Assembly (NCBI GenBank): GCA_017544725.1 | Contig: JAFYDR010000194.1 | Coordinates: forward strand, 8,211 to 72,210 | Direction: 5' to 3' | Origin: Kiritimatiellia bacterium | GTDB taxonomy: Bacteria > Verrucomicrobiota > Kiritimatiellia > RFP12 > UBA1067 | Length of the DNA stretch: 64,000 nt | In this document: positions 49,401 through 57,815 of the stretch, piece by piece | Layout: each line of letters begins with the position of its first letter | Position numbering within the stretch: the stretch's first letter is position 1 | Made by a program: the position numbers and the translations under genes | Notes under the pieces: model-generated | The model's database searches: none | The model's input: the letters and a program-made list of their open reading frames with translations, nothing else | What the model was told of the DNA's origin: nothing

Positions 49401-49704
49401 CTGGACATTCGAGAAAAACGCCTCGATCAAATACAAGAAGATCAAGGAGAAAGGAAGCTCCGCCATTCGCTACGAGCTACAAGGAATCAATGACCCCTCG
49501 CATCCGAACGTGACTTGCCTCAAGCTGAGCTACCAATCAAAATACGGTACATTCAGCGGGAGCTTCAAACTTTACACCGTGGAGAAGAACCTCCTAAAAC
49601 GTTGGACTTTCCGGGTCACGGGTGTCGTTGCCGACGGCATAGGTTCAGGCGTGGCCACCTGCAAGAACTCCTCCCCCAATAAAATTGCCGTGCGCATCGA
49701 ATAG
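46438..49704 (+). CDS. Large (1088 aa) secreted C10-family (streptopain/SpeB-like) cysteine peptidase with a carboxypeptidase-regulatory-like domain and multiple BACON/Ig-like repeats.
   Basis: Signal peptide MNRICFLVSWIVCLVAGAG. YLCGCVATAFAQVMRYW matches the SpeB catalytic-Cys motif CVATAxAQxMxY. GHAVVVDGYGY is the catalytic His strand. FSGRVLNSFGEPVADAEVRLV is a CarbopepD_reg-like domain. There are repeated ..RVAATT..ITQ and ..RITVTIG.. BACON-like units. Confidence 0.8.
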   Translation: MNRICFLVSWIVCLVAGAGICEEVSADLACLAASNWLDTDASPLPHSVSQREIAAVHPISDETGEILFYALDLTGGGFLVVSADTSITPIMACSDTGAWDTDGENPLCVFLTADLTSRRDAIRRKQILSYGICSESSLSSGRSAEEKWEALLQTPAAAIRKRSIPESMSLVDIRVPPLIQSRWGQSNWRDPNTQQLRPTFNYYTPNRYLCGCVATAFAQVMRYWCEPKRTVVPGSYFCWVDGVLTKKTMIGGRYDWEKMPLTRVECTDEEQREAIGKLLFDLGVASRMQWTKRESITYSRKAGISLRNRFGYASACMFYSGIRMQNLAGVCRDAILASLDAGMPVVIGIQRGAVGHAVVVDGYGYNGSDTIYCHINFGYSGTSDAWYNLVGENVTSENYTQISDVIYNIHPSLAGDVFSGRVLNSFGEPVADAEVRLVPPSGAVMSTRSNENGIYAFHVTKTGDYTISAVSGALSSGGQRISFPARSTNSTLQETDTTIDAGGSPGSVANRWGIDLTLRASQVTLQKALGASGLVFSSGGNAAWSGIVADTRTGRTAAQSGAVANNQSSWLRTTVVGPGVLSFRWRISSEKKYDKLTFKVDNQTIATISGDTEWTTVSRYIPPGVHTVQWTYAKDKSLGLEKDCAWIESLAWKETLPATPGSFRFVSRGGSGTVSVSENSGTRWRVTSATEWIVPQTTGGTGSGTFVVKVAKNDTDTTRTGQLRVAATTERGEKETTISITQIPVPQLVVSNTSVSISAKNGRYETTVEANQSWSASADVPWITLARSSGKEDEHDLVYQVEANRMPSVREGRITVTIGCASETLRKTVVVRQRGASKADGLWLPTGALRPKKTTEWHGKIFNGDTTIALLQVRAKKTNAKGLVTISAKATRSDGKKFLAKAISVKATDSPRLIQLTLKKWGTIVLYLGANGMVGTFGNDWVESAKRGGSLRRTPATFTAGRVTTLNGIPPLIDCLPDGATIRTSGTRWTFEKNASIKYKKIKEKGSSAIRYELQGINDPSHPNVTCLKLSYQSKYGTFSGSFKLYTVEKNLLKRWTFRVTGVVADGIGSGVATCKNSSPNKIAVRIE

Positions 49705-49707
49705 CGG

Positions 49708-49732
49708 TATAACTTCGCGCGGCGAAGTTATA
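49708..49732. terminator. Perfect palindrome TATAACTTCGC-GCG-GCGAAGTTATA four nt after the peptidase stop. It is part of the GAAGTTATAGGCAAG (D) module.
   Basis: Self-complementary, read from the sequence. A D-module with the E-module follows at 49724-49786 and again at 49926-49987. Confidence 0.45.
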
Positions 49733-49740
49733 GGCAAGCG

Positions 49741-49786
49741 CCTCGCCCGCGCCGCGCGCGGGAACGTTCATGGGGAATAACTTTCA
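49741..49786 (+). repeat. E-module copy (CCTCGCCCGCGCCGCGCGCGGGAACGTTCATGGGGAATAACTTTC).
   Basis: There is a tandem second copy at 49943-49987 with 200-bp periodicity. The intervening 49838-49925 block is a TCGTCAT/CTCAGC/GC-hairpin module. Confidence 0.7.
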
Positions 49787-50040
49787 GTTTCGACGACGAG
49801 GACATCGGCGTTACGCAGCGGACGCGACGGAGCGCGTCTCTCCCATCCGTCACTGCAACCTCTGGTTGCTTACTTCTCAGCCTCTCAGCTTCCCCGCTTT
49901 TCAGCAGGGCGGCTTCGCCGCCCTGCGAAGTTATAGGCAAGCGCCCCGCCCGCGCCGCGCGCGGGAACGTTCATAGGAATAACTTTCGACAAGCCCCGAA
50001 GGACTAAACGGTCACGACAAGCGCACCCCTCCCCATTTCA

Positions 50041-50064
50041 GGCAACGAGGACGTTGCCCCTCCC
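50041..50064 (+). repeat. 24-nt hairpin element GGCAACGAGGACGTTGCCCCTCCC.
   Basis: Exact copy. Confidence 0.75.
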
Positions 50065-50330
50065 GTTCGTGGGTAAGTGCCGCTAGGTGGTTAAGTGTCC
50101 CTGCGGGACTAAGGGGTGATGCCCCACTTAGAGCCGAAGGCTCACTTAGGGCGAAGCCCACTTAATTCCATCTCTCGTCACTCGTCATTGCCGCCATCGG
50201 CGGCATCTTCATTCATCATTTTCCTTGCGTGGGGCGTTTATGCCACACTATAATCTTTCCGTTCTTGAGGGCGTGTGCCATTGAGATGATGTGTCGCAAA
50301 AGGGGTTGCAATTGTTACCAAGGTGAGTCT

Positions 50331-52637
50331 ATGAAGATGATGAAACGAATCGCGTTGTCGCTGGTTGCAATGCTATCGATATGGATTGTCGGTTGCATCG
50401 GACCGGGCGGCAACGTTGCGCTAGACACGGCGAAGCCGTTGCGCGTGGCGGTGTTCGTGGGTGACGGCGCGCGTAACATTGGCGTATTCCGTTGGGTCGA
50501 GATCGCGACGATGGCGGAGAACGTCGTCGCTACGCCTGTAGATGGCGCGGCAGTGAGAGCGGGTGCGCTGGATACGATGGACGTCCTTATCATGCCGGGC
50601 GGGAGTGGACACGATGAAGGAGTGAACCTCGGAGCAGATGGGCGCGAACGCGTCAAGTCATTCGTGCGTGGAGGCGGCGGCTATATCGGCACATGCGCTG
50701 GATTCTACCTTGTCACGGAACCGATTCCCACGAATCCGAAGCGCAAGGACTACCTCGGACTTATCCCGTTCAAGGACACGATCGATGGCGGAAACGGCAG
50801 GGCAGAGGTCAATTTCGAGTTCAACGAAAAGGCGGAGAAGCTGGCCGGGATCAAGAAGGGCAAACACAAGATTCAATACAGCCACGGTCCTGTTGCGATC
50901 CGCTCGCAGAAAGCGGTGGAGGGGACTCGAGCAGAGGTGCTTGCGACGTATGCATGTGATTATAACCCGAGTCGTTTTCTGCGACCCTCGAAGGCGGGGC
51001 ATGTCGCTGTTGTCGCCGCTGAGTGCGGGAAGGGGAGAGTGTTCGCGTTCACCTGCCATCCCGAAAGTGATGTCGATGACCACACGTGCATCGAGGGCGC
51101 GTTCCGCTATGTGACGGGCAGGGAGATCCGCTGGCGTTATCCGCAGCGGAAGCGTGGGCAACTCGCCATCGGGTTCTTGTGCGACGACTCGTTCGGGGTT
51201 GAGACCGCACGCCTCGTTCAGCGTCTTCTCCGCGAACACGAGTTTGACATCGTGCCGATGAACACGGGACTCATAAGCGAAGGTGCGCTCCAGCATCTCG
51301 ATGCGGTTCTCGCTCCTGCAAACGAAGGCAAGGCGGATTCCAAGATTGGACTGTACGGTGAGAACGAGGAGCGGACAAAGGCGTTCCTCGCTCGTGGTGG
51401 ACGTGTTGTCGCGTGGGGTAATGCAGCAGAACGAGTGAAGGTTCGCGGATTGGATGGTGCAGTTTGCGTGGCGGATGCGGATGCTGCGCTTGCGAATCTT
51501 CGGGCATTCGCCGCAGAGTCGGTTCTGTTGGACAAGCAGAAGCTTGTTCCTCCCCAAAAAGTTGAAAGCCCTGTGAAAATTGCGGTTTTCGCGGGCGATG
51601 GTTGCGCGATGGGAAACATTCCGCAACTGCTTGAGTTCTCGCCTGAATACATGGTTGACATAGTTGGCGCGGATGGGGTCGCGTCGGGAGTACTCAAGGG
51701 TTACGACGCGATCTACATGCCCGGCGGCTATTCTGCGATTGCCTATCAGACGCTTGGTGAGGGCGGTCGCAAGGCACTCGTCGATTACATCCGTGGAGGC
51801 GGCAAGTACTACGGCGTATGCGGCGGTTCCTTCCTCGTCTCGCAAACGAAGATGACGCCTGGCAAGGCAGGGCAGGTTCCCGGCGACACTCCGTTCCTGA
51901 GCCTTGTTCCCTATAAAAATGACAATCCGCAACATTACCGTGGTAAAGCCCCCGTGCGCATACGTCTGACGGACGAAGGAAAGGCGATCTTTCCCGAATC
52001 CCACACGAATCGCGTGGTGTGGTACGCCGGCGGTCCCGTGTTCGTTGGTGCGAACAAAGTGGATGATTCCGACATCAAGGTGTTCGCGGAATACAACAGC
52101 CATGTTATCAGTACGCTCGACCCCAAATCGACGCCGGACATGATCGGCAAGGCGGCGATTGTAGGCGGACGCGTCGGCAAGGGCAAGCTGTTCGCTCAAT
52201 GCCCGCATCCGGAACGCCACGAGTGTACGTTCGACATGGTGCGTGACGCCTTTAAATGGCTTGCGGGTGCGCGTCCCACGGGAACGCTTCCGACGCGCAT
52301 ACGCGGGGCCAAGTCCGTCTTTGTCAAGATGGGATACAGGCAGGGCATAGATGTCGCCGTTCCGTTCGTCCTCAAGACGCTTCTTCACGATCGACGTTTC
52401 GACTGTCGTATTAGCAATGTCATGGACAACAACGAGCTGGCGCATTCGGATGCCGTCATCCTGTGCCTGTTCGATAAGAACAGTTGGACTCCGCAACTGA
52501 AGGAATTCGCTGCGAATGGAGGTCAGGTCATCTGTGTGGCCGAAACCGAGGACAAGCGGAAGATTGCCGAGAAGTTCGACGGTGCGACCGTTGTCGATTC
52601 CTACAACCATGTAATCGAGGAGATGCTGAAGAAATGA
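50331..52637 (+). CDS. Lipoprotein with two class-I glutamine-amidotransferase-like (GATase1/ThuA/BPL_N-like) domains. Paralog 1.
   Basis: Lipobox LSIWIVGC. Each half has a GxCAG nucleophile-elbow motif (YIGTCAGFYL, YYGVCGGSFL) and an HPE motif (FTCHPESD, QCPHPERHE), the Cys-His-Glu signature of class I GATases. Each domain is followed by a roughly 150-aa Rossmann-like segment. Confidence 0.75.
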   Translation: MKMMKRIALSLVAMLSIWIVGCIGPGGNVALDTAKPLRVAVFVGDGARNIGVFRWVEIATMAENVVATPVDGAAVRAGALDTMDVLIMPGGSGHDEGVNLGADGRERVKSFVRGGGGYIGTCAGFYLVTEPIPTNPKRKDYLGLIPFKDTIDGGNGRAEVNFEFNEKAEKLAGIKKGKHKIQYSHGPVAIRSQKAVEGTRAEVLATYACDYNPSRFLRPSKAGHVAVVAAECGKGRVFAFTCHPESDVDDHTCIEGAFRYVTGREIRWRYPQRKRGQLAIGFLCDDSFGVETARLVQRLLREHEFDIVPMNTGLISEGALQHLDAVLAPANEGKADSKIGLYGENEERTKAFLARGGRVVAWGNAAERVKVRGLDGAVCVADADAALANLRAFAAESVLLDKQKLVPPQKVESPVKIAVFAGDGCAMGNIPQLLEFSPEYMVDIVGADGVASGVLKGYDAIYMPGGYSAIAYQTLGEGGRKALVDYIRGGGKYYGVCGGSFLVSQTKMTPGKAGQVPGDTPFLSLVPYKNDNPQHYRGKAPVRIRLTDEGKAIFPESHTNRVVWYAGGPVFVGANKVDDSDIKVFAEYNSHVISTLDPKSTPDMIGKAAIVGGRVGKGKLFAQCPHPERHECTFDMVRDAFKWLAGARPTGTLPTRIRGAKSVFVKMGYRQGIDVAVPFVLKTLLHDRRFDCRISNVMDNNELAHSDAVILCLFDKNSWTPQLKEFAANGGQVICVAETEDKRKIAEKFDGATVVDSYNHVIEEMLKK

Positions 52638-54859
52638 AAAAAGCTGTCATTGTTGTCGCGATGTTTCCGCTGTTTATTGGAACCGTCGCAACTGGCGTGG
52701 AGAAATCTGTATCGGCGGAAGCAGAGAAGCCGCTACGGATAGCGGTTTACGTGGATAAGGGTGCCCGCAACATGGGCGTGTTCCGCTGGATTGAACTGAC
52801 GACATTGGCTGGAGGCGCGAAGTCCTTGCCGGTGGATGGTGCGGCGATACGGGCAGGTGCGCTGGATACGGCGGACATCCTTGTCATGCCGGGCGGATCG
52901 TCTGTCGATGAGGCAAAGTCGCTCGGGGCAGAGGGACGTGAGAAAATCCGCGCGTTTGTGAAGGGGGGCGGTGGCTACATCGGTACATGCGCGGGGTGTT
53001 GCCTCCTCATGCAACCGTCAAAGGGACATCCGGATATGATCCACATGATCCCGTTCCGGTTCGGTGTGGGCGGAGGGAGGGCGGATCTCTCAATCGCGTT
53101 TAATCGTCGTGCGACGGAACTCGCGGGAATCCGGAAGGGTACGGCGACGATTCGCTATTCGCACGGACCGGTACCGATTCCGTCGCTTCCGGTAAAAGAT
53201 GCGGAAGTGGAGGTCGTGGCGACTTACAACAGCGACATCAACACGACTAGCGGTAAGGATCGTACGTCTATGGCTGGACAAGCTGCCGCCATCGCGGGGA
53301 CTTACGGGAAGGGACGGCTCTTTGTTTTCGCGGTACATCCCGAAAGCGACAAGGCTGATCACCACATTCTGAAAGGCGCGTTCCGTTACGTGTCGGGACG
53401 TTCGCTCGACTGGGATTTCCCGCAACGGAAACGTGGACAACTCACCGTTGGTGTCATGTGCGATGATTCGTTCGGCGTGAGAACCGCACGGCTTCTTCAA
53501 CGGCTGATCACGGATGGTGAATTTGACGTTGTGCCGCTGAACGCGGCGGCGATCGAAGAAGGTGCTCTGCGGCATATCGATGCGATTCTCGCTCCGGGCG
53601 ATGCAGAGGCGGTAGATTTGAGAAAGGGGTTCTACGGCGAAAATGTCCAACGCACGAAGGAGTTTCTTGTGCGTGGCGGACGGGTTTTCGCATGGGGATA
53701 TGCGGCGGATGCGGCGGAAAAGCGTGAAATGGGATTTTCGCGTGTGGCGGACGGCGAGGCTGCGATTGCGGCGTTGCGTACGTTCGTTGCGGAACCGCCG
53801 TCCAAACCGATTCCAGTACCGCAAAAAGTTGCGAAGCCGATTCGCGTGGGCGTGTATCTGGACAAAGGCGGCAGCAACCTCTCGATCGCGCGAGCACTGA
53901 AGCTCTCGCCCGAATACGAAGTGACGTTCTTGAACGCGGCAGACTATGCAAACGGTGGACTGGACGGTCTCGATGTAATCCTCCAGCCTGGCGGTAGCTG
54001 TAAGGCACAGTATGAAATGATGGGACCGAATGGTGTGGAAGCACTTAGGAGATTCGTGCTGGACGGTGGCAAGTACTACGGCGTTTGCGCGGGGGCATTC
54101 ATGGCACTCCAGATTTCGCGTAACGACTGGCCGCGATTGGGGCTTATCCCGTTCAAGGGGGACGATCCCAGCCACTACCGTGGTGGTGCGCCGATCAAGA
54201 TCGCGCTTACGGATGAAGGGAAGAAGGTGTTTGAAGGATCTCCGAAAGAACGTATCGTTCTCTATTTCGGCGGACCTGCGGCCATTCCGGGAACCCCCGT
54301 GGAGGATACGGATGTGAAAGTCCTTGCTCACTATGCCGGACGCATCATCAACGCATGCCAGCCTGATCCTGTCGAAGAGATGGTGGGCAAGGCCGCGTTC
54401 TTGGGTGGCAGGGTCGGGAAGGGAAAGGTGTTTGTTTCCTGTCCGCATCCAGAGACGGAAGAGGCGACTTTCGATCTCGTGAGAAGCGGGATCAAGTTCC
54501 TGACAGGCGTTGCGCCTACACCAGTGTACCTCGACAGAGTGCGCGGTGCGGTGACGATCCGGTATCGGGTGTCGGACAAAAAGTCGGCACAGTTCCAGAT
54601 TGACACACTCATCTGGGACAGGCGCATCGATCTCTGTCCGGGCAAGGACTGGATTGATTTGTCGCACATTGACGCGATTGTGCAGACGGGTGAGGTGACC
54701 GATGCGGACGCGCAGATGCTGAACCGTTTTGTCGGAAAGGGCGGCAGGGTTGTCGCGTTGTGTGATACGGAGGAGAAACGCCAAGCGGCCGCAAAGCTAA
54801 AGGGGACCATCGTGGTGGAAAAATACGCCGACATCATCGACGCGATTGTTCGCAAATAA
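52634..54859 (+). CDS. Lipoprotein with two class-I glutamine-amidotransferase-like domains. Paralog 2; the gene is a tandem duplicate.
   Basis: About 55-65% identical to paralog 1 along its whole length (KPLRIAVYVDKGARNMGVFRWIEL.., GGGYIGTCAGCCL, AVHPESDK, YYGVCAGAFM, SCPHPETEE). Its ATG overlaps the upstream TGA (ATGA). Confidence 0.75.
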   Translation: MKKAVIVVAMFPLFIGTVATGVEKSVSAEAEKPLRIAVYVDKGARNMGVFRWIELTTLAGGAKSLPVDGAAIRAGALDTADILVMPGGSSVDEAKSLGAEGREKIRAFVKGGGGYIGTCAGCCLLMQPSKGHPDMIHMIPFRFGVGGGRADLSIAFNRRATELAGIRKGTATIRYSHGPVPIPSLPVKDAEVEVVATYNSDINTTSGKDRTSMAGQAAAIAGTYGKGRLFVFAVHPESDKADHHILKGAFRYVSGRSLDWDFPQRKRGQLTVGVMCDDSFGVRTARLLQRLITDGEFDVVPLNAAAIEEGALRHIDAILAPGDAEAVDLRKGFYGENVQRTKEFLVRGGRVFAWGYAADAAEKREMGFSRVADGEAAIAALRTFVAEPPSKPIPVPQKVAKPIRVGVYLDKGGSNLSIARALKLSPEYEVTFLNAADYANGGLDGLDVILQPGGSCKAQYEMMGPNGVEALRRFVLDGGKYYGVCAGAFMALQISRNDWPRLGLIPFKGDDPSHYRGGAPIKIALTDEGKKVFEGSPKERIVLYFGGPAAIPGTPVEDTDVKVLAHYAGRIINACQPDPVEEMVGKAAFLGGRVGKGKVFVSCPHPETEEATFDLVRSGIKFLTGVAPTPVYLDRVRGAVTIRYRVSDKKSAQFQIDTLIWDRRIDLCPGKDWIDLSHIDAIVQTGEVTDADAQMLNRFVGKGGRVVALCDTEEKRQAAAKLKGTIVVEKYADIIDAIVRK

Positions 54860-54918
54860 TGCTGGCGATACCTCGTGTCATTCGATCGCAATCGATAGCC
54901 ATCGGTATAGGCGATATG

Positions 54919-55080
54919 CGCTTGCCTATAACTTCGGGCCGCCAGAGGCGGCAGTGACGAGTAACGAATGACGAATAGCCGCATAGCGGCGATACAGAAA
55001 CAGACGGGGGTGAACGAAGTGTAACCCCCGGTAACGCCACCCCATGCGAAATAGCCGCGTAGCGGCGACACAATGTTCGA
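54919..55080 (+). repeat. Mosaic block: D-module in reverse orientation (CTTGCCTATAACTTCG), a GCCGCCAGAGGCGGC hairpin, a GTGACGAGTAACGAATGACGAAT unit, and a CAGACGGGGGTGAACGAAGTGTAACCCCCG hairpin.
   Basis: Modules match 24322-24604, 49724 and 57940. Confidence 0.65.
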
Positions 55081-55214
55081 TGACAAGAGCGTTGTGGCAC
55101 CGATGTCTTCGCAGTCAAAAATTTGTGGCGCCGCTATGCGGCTTGATGTGTTGTGATCCATAATGCGGGGGTTGCACCCCTGCCTATACCTATGTCGCCC
55201 CTTTGGGGCTTCTA

Positions 55215-55258
55215 GAAAGTTATCCCCATGAACACTCCCGTGCGCGGCGCGGGCGGGG
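55215..55258 (-). repeat. E-module copy in reverse orientation (GAAAGTTATCCCCATGAACACTCCCGTGCGCGGCGCGGGCGGGG), preceded by the GCCCCTTTGGGGC hairpin.
   Basis: Matches 24740-24820. Confidence 0.65.
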
Positions 55259-55558
55259 CACTTGCCTCTTTTTCCCTCACGCAAAGTTCACGAAGTCCGC
55301 TAGGTGGTTTGAGATTGCTTGAGATGTGTGTGACACACTCTCTTCTCCTTTACGGACTCTGCGAACTTTGTGTGAGCCATATTCAGGGGCAATTCCCTCA
55401 AACGATTGTCGCGGTAAAGGCAAAGGAGAGACGATGCGCGGACCGGATAGTCCGCACACCTCTTTCAGTTGTTGTAGTCAGGCTGTTCGTGTTGTTCCCA
55501 AAATCTCCCGTGCGCATGAGATGGGTGAATTACGCAGATGCGCCGCTGGAACACGCGT

Positions 55559-55588
55559 CTTGCCGAATGCGCTGGAGAATGCTATACT
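55559..55588 (+). promoter_or_regulatory. Putative sigma70-type promoter TTGCCG-N18-TATACT for proB.
   Basis: The -10 hexamer is 33 nt upstream of the proB ATG, with an AAGG site in between. The region 55520-55545 also carries an AATTACGCAGATGCGCC segment that resembles the 3' part of the AT-rich element (22025-22042). Confidence 0.4.
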
Positions 55589-55621
55589 GATGCACATCCT
55601 TTTGAATGAGCAAGGTAGCAC

Positions 55622-56428
55622 ATGAAAATCGAAGATCGTTATCGTGAGTTTCTGCCGGAGGCCCGGCGTATTGTTGTGAAGGTTGGATCCCGCGTGATCG
55701 AGCAGAAGACGGGGAAGCCTGATGCGGCGTCGTTGAGAAGACTGGTATCCCAGATTTCTAAACTGCATCATCAGGGCTATGAGATCATACTCGTCTCTTC
55801 CGGTGCGGTCGGTGCCGGTATGGACGCGCTGGGACTGAAGACTCGACCTTCGCTCGTAACGGATCAGCAGATGTGCGCGGCGGTCGGTCAGGCGCGTCTG
55901 ATGGCACAGTATCAGGGGCTTTTCGGAAAAGAAGGCATCACTATCGGTCAGCTTTTGTTGACGCACATGGATTTCCAGCATCGTCTTCGCCTCTCGAATG
56001 CGAAACGGACGTTGGAACATTTGATCCGGAATAACGTGATCCCCATTATCAACGAGAACGACGTGGTGGCCGACGAGGAGGTGAAGGCGATTTCCTCTTT
56101 CGGTGACAACGACTACCTGGCCTCGCTGGTGGTGAAGGTGACGCGCGCTGATGTGCTGGTAATCCTCTCTACCGTCGATGGTGTTCTGGATGCGCAGGAG
56201 AAGCGTGTTCCTCTGATTGAGGATTTGAAGGAGGCGTTCCGCCTAGTCAATCCGGCACTCTCGAACGGCGGACTCTCGAAGGGAGGCATGGATTCGAAAC
56301 TGAAGGCGGCGCAAAATGCGGTGAAGGCAGGGTGTTCTACCGTCATCGCGTGTGGGCGGTCGCCGCATGTTCTGACGGATATTCTGGCCGGCAAGGATGT
56401 CGGCACCTTGATTCTCGGCGCATTTTGA
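55622..56428 (+). CDS. proB: Glutamate 5-kinase (short form without a PUA domain).
   Basis: Amino-acid kinase fold with VVKVGSRVI, LVSSGAVGAG and NENDVV. It is directly upstream of proA. Confidence 0.9.
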   Translation: MKIEDRYREFLPEARRIVVKVGSRVIEQKTGKPDAASLRRLVSQISKLHHQGYEIILVSSGAVGAGMDALGLKTRPSLVTDQQMCAAVGQARLMAQYQGLFGKEGITIGQLLLTHMDFQHRLRLSNAKRTLEHLIRNNVIPIINENDVVADEEVKAISSFGDNDYLASLVVKVTRADVLVILSTVDGVLDAQEKRVPLIEDLKEAFRLVNPALSNGGLSKGGMDSKLKAAQNAVKAGCSTVIACGRSPHVLTDILAGKDVGTLILGAF

Positions 56429-56458
56429 GGTGTTATGAAAGGGAAGGAGTGATAGACA

Positions 56459-57715
56459 ATGGATATTCAGGCTTACATTCGAGGTTTTGGAACAAGGGCT
56501 TTGGCGGCATCTCGCAAGTTGGCGGTGCTTTCGAAAAAAGAACGCATCGCGATTGTGCAGGCGATGGCGGACGAACTGGTCGCGCAACATGATGCAATCG
56601 TTGCCGCGAATCAGTTGGATGTCGCGGATGCACAAGCAGCGGGAATGGCGCCCGCGCTCGTGGATCGTCTGACCTTGACGGAGAAACGGTTTCAGGCGAT
56701 GGTGGACGGTGTCCGGACGGTTGCCAAACTGACGGATCCTGTGGGCAGGGTGATGAAACGGATTCGTCGTCCAAATGGTTTGCGGATTGAGAAGATCCGT
56801 GTTCCTTTGGGTGTGATCGCCATCATTTTCGAGTCGCGTCCGAATGTGACGGCAGATGTTGCCTCGCTTTGCGTGAAGACCGCCAACGCCGTGATTCTGC
56901 GTGGCGGCAAAGAGGCGTTGCGTTCGAACCTCGCCATCGCTCAGGCATTGAAGGCGGGTGGCGTTAGCAAGGGAATGCCCGAAGATGCGGTGCAACTGAT
57001 CGACATCACGGACCATGCGGCGGTGAAGGAACTGGTACAGTTGACCGGACTGGTCGATGTGGTGATTCCGCGTGGCGGCGAGCGCCTTGTGCGCGCCGTT
57101 GTCGAGAATGCCCGTATTCCGGTGCTGAAGCATTACAAGGGTGTCTGTCACGTCTATGTCGAAGCGACAGCGGACTTGAGCAAGGCTATCACCGTTTTGG
57201 ATAATGCCAAGTGCCAGCGTCCCAGCGCCTGCAATGCGGCGGAGACGTTGCTGGTGGATCGAAGCATCGCCAAGAAGTTCCTGCCCAAAGTCGGCAAGTG
57301 GGCGAAGAAGGCGGGTGTGGAGTTGCGGGGTGACGAAGAGACCTGCGCGATCCTGCCTGGAATCGCCAAGGCGACGGATGCGGATTGGGAGGAGGAGTAC
57401 CTCTCCCTGATTCTTTCTGTCCGCGTTGTGGACGGAATTGATCAAGCAATCGACCACATCAACACCTACGGAACGCATCATTCGGATGCGATTCTGTCGG
57501 GCGACATTTTTGTGGTGCAGCGTTTCATGAACGAAGTTGATTCTGCCGCCGTCTATGCCAACGCCTCTACGCGATTCACCGATGGCGGTGAGTTCGGGAT
57601 GGGCGCGGAAATGGGAATCAGCACGGACAAGTTCCATGCGCGTGGCCCGATGGGGTTGGAGGAACTGACCTCGTACAAGTGGCTCGTGTACGGTGAGGGG
57701 CATATCCGTAGCTAA
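56459..57715 (+). CDS. proA: Gamma-glutamyl phosphate reductase (glutamate-5-semialdehyde dehydrogenase).
   Basis: ALDH-superfamily protein of 418 aa with the catalytic Cys region (PSACNAAETLLV) and ProA-typical motifs (RGGKEALRSN, TRFTDGGEFG). Confidence 0.92.
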   Translation: MDIQAYIRGFGTRALAASRKLAVLSKKERIAIVQAMADELVAQHDAIVAANQLDVADAQAAGMAPALVDRLTLTEKRFQAMVDGVRTVAKLTDPVGRVMKRIRRPNGLRIEKIRVPLGVIAIIFESRPNVTADVASLCVKTANAVILRGGKEALRSNLAIAQALKAGGVSKGMPEDAVQLIDITDHAAVKELVQLTGLVDVVIPRGGERLVRAVVENARIPVLKHYKGVCHVYVEATADLSKAITVLDNAKCQRPSACNAAETLLVDRSIAKKFLPKVGKWAKKAGVELRGDEETCAILPGIAKATDADWEEEYLSLILSVRVVDGIDQAIDHINTYGTHHSDAILSGDIFVVQRFMNEVDSAAVYANASTRFTDGGEFGMGAEMGISTDKFHARGPMGLEELTSYKWLVYGEGHIRS

Positions 57716-57763
57716 CGGTGGCAACTGTTGGTAAGCTGGTTGGGCGGGAAGCTGGTTAAGTTG

Positions 57764-57786
57764 GGCAACGGGGATGTTGTCCAATC
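57764..57786 (+). repeat. Degenerate 24-nt hairpin element (GGCAACGGGGATGTTGTCCAATCC).
   Basis: It is preceded by the AAGCTGGTTAAGTTGG module, as at 7681 and 46146. Confidence 0.5.
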
Positions 57787-57815
57787 CGTTATGCGACGCA
57801 CGACATTTGACAAGC

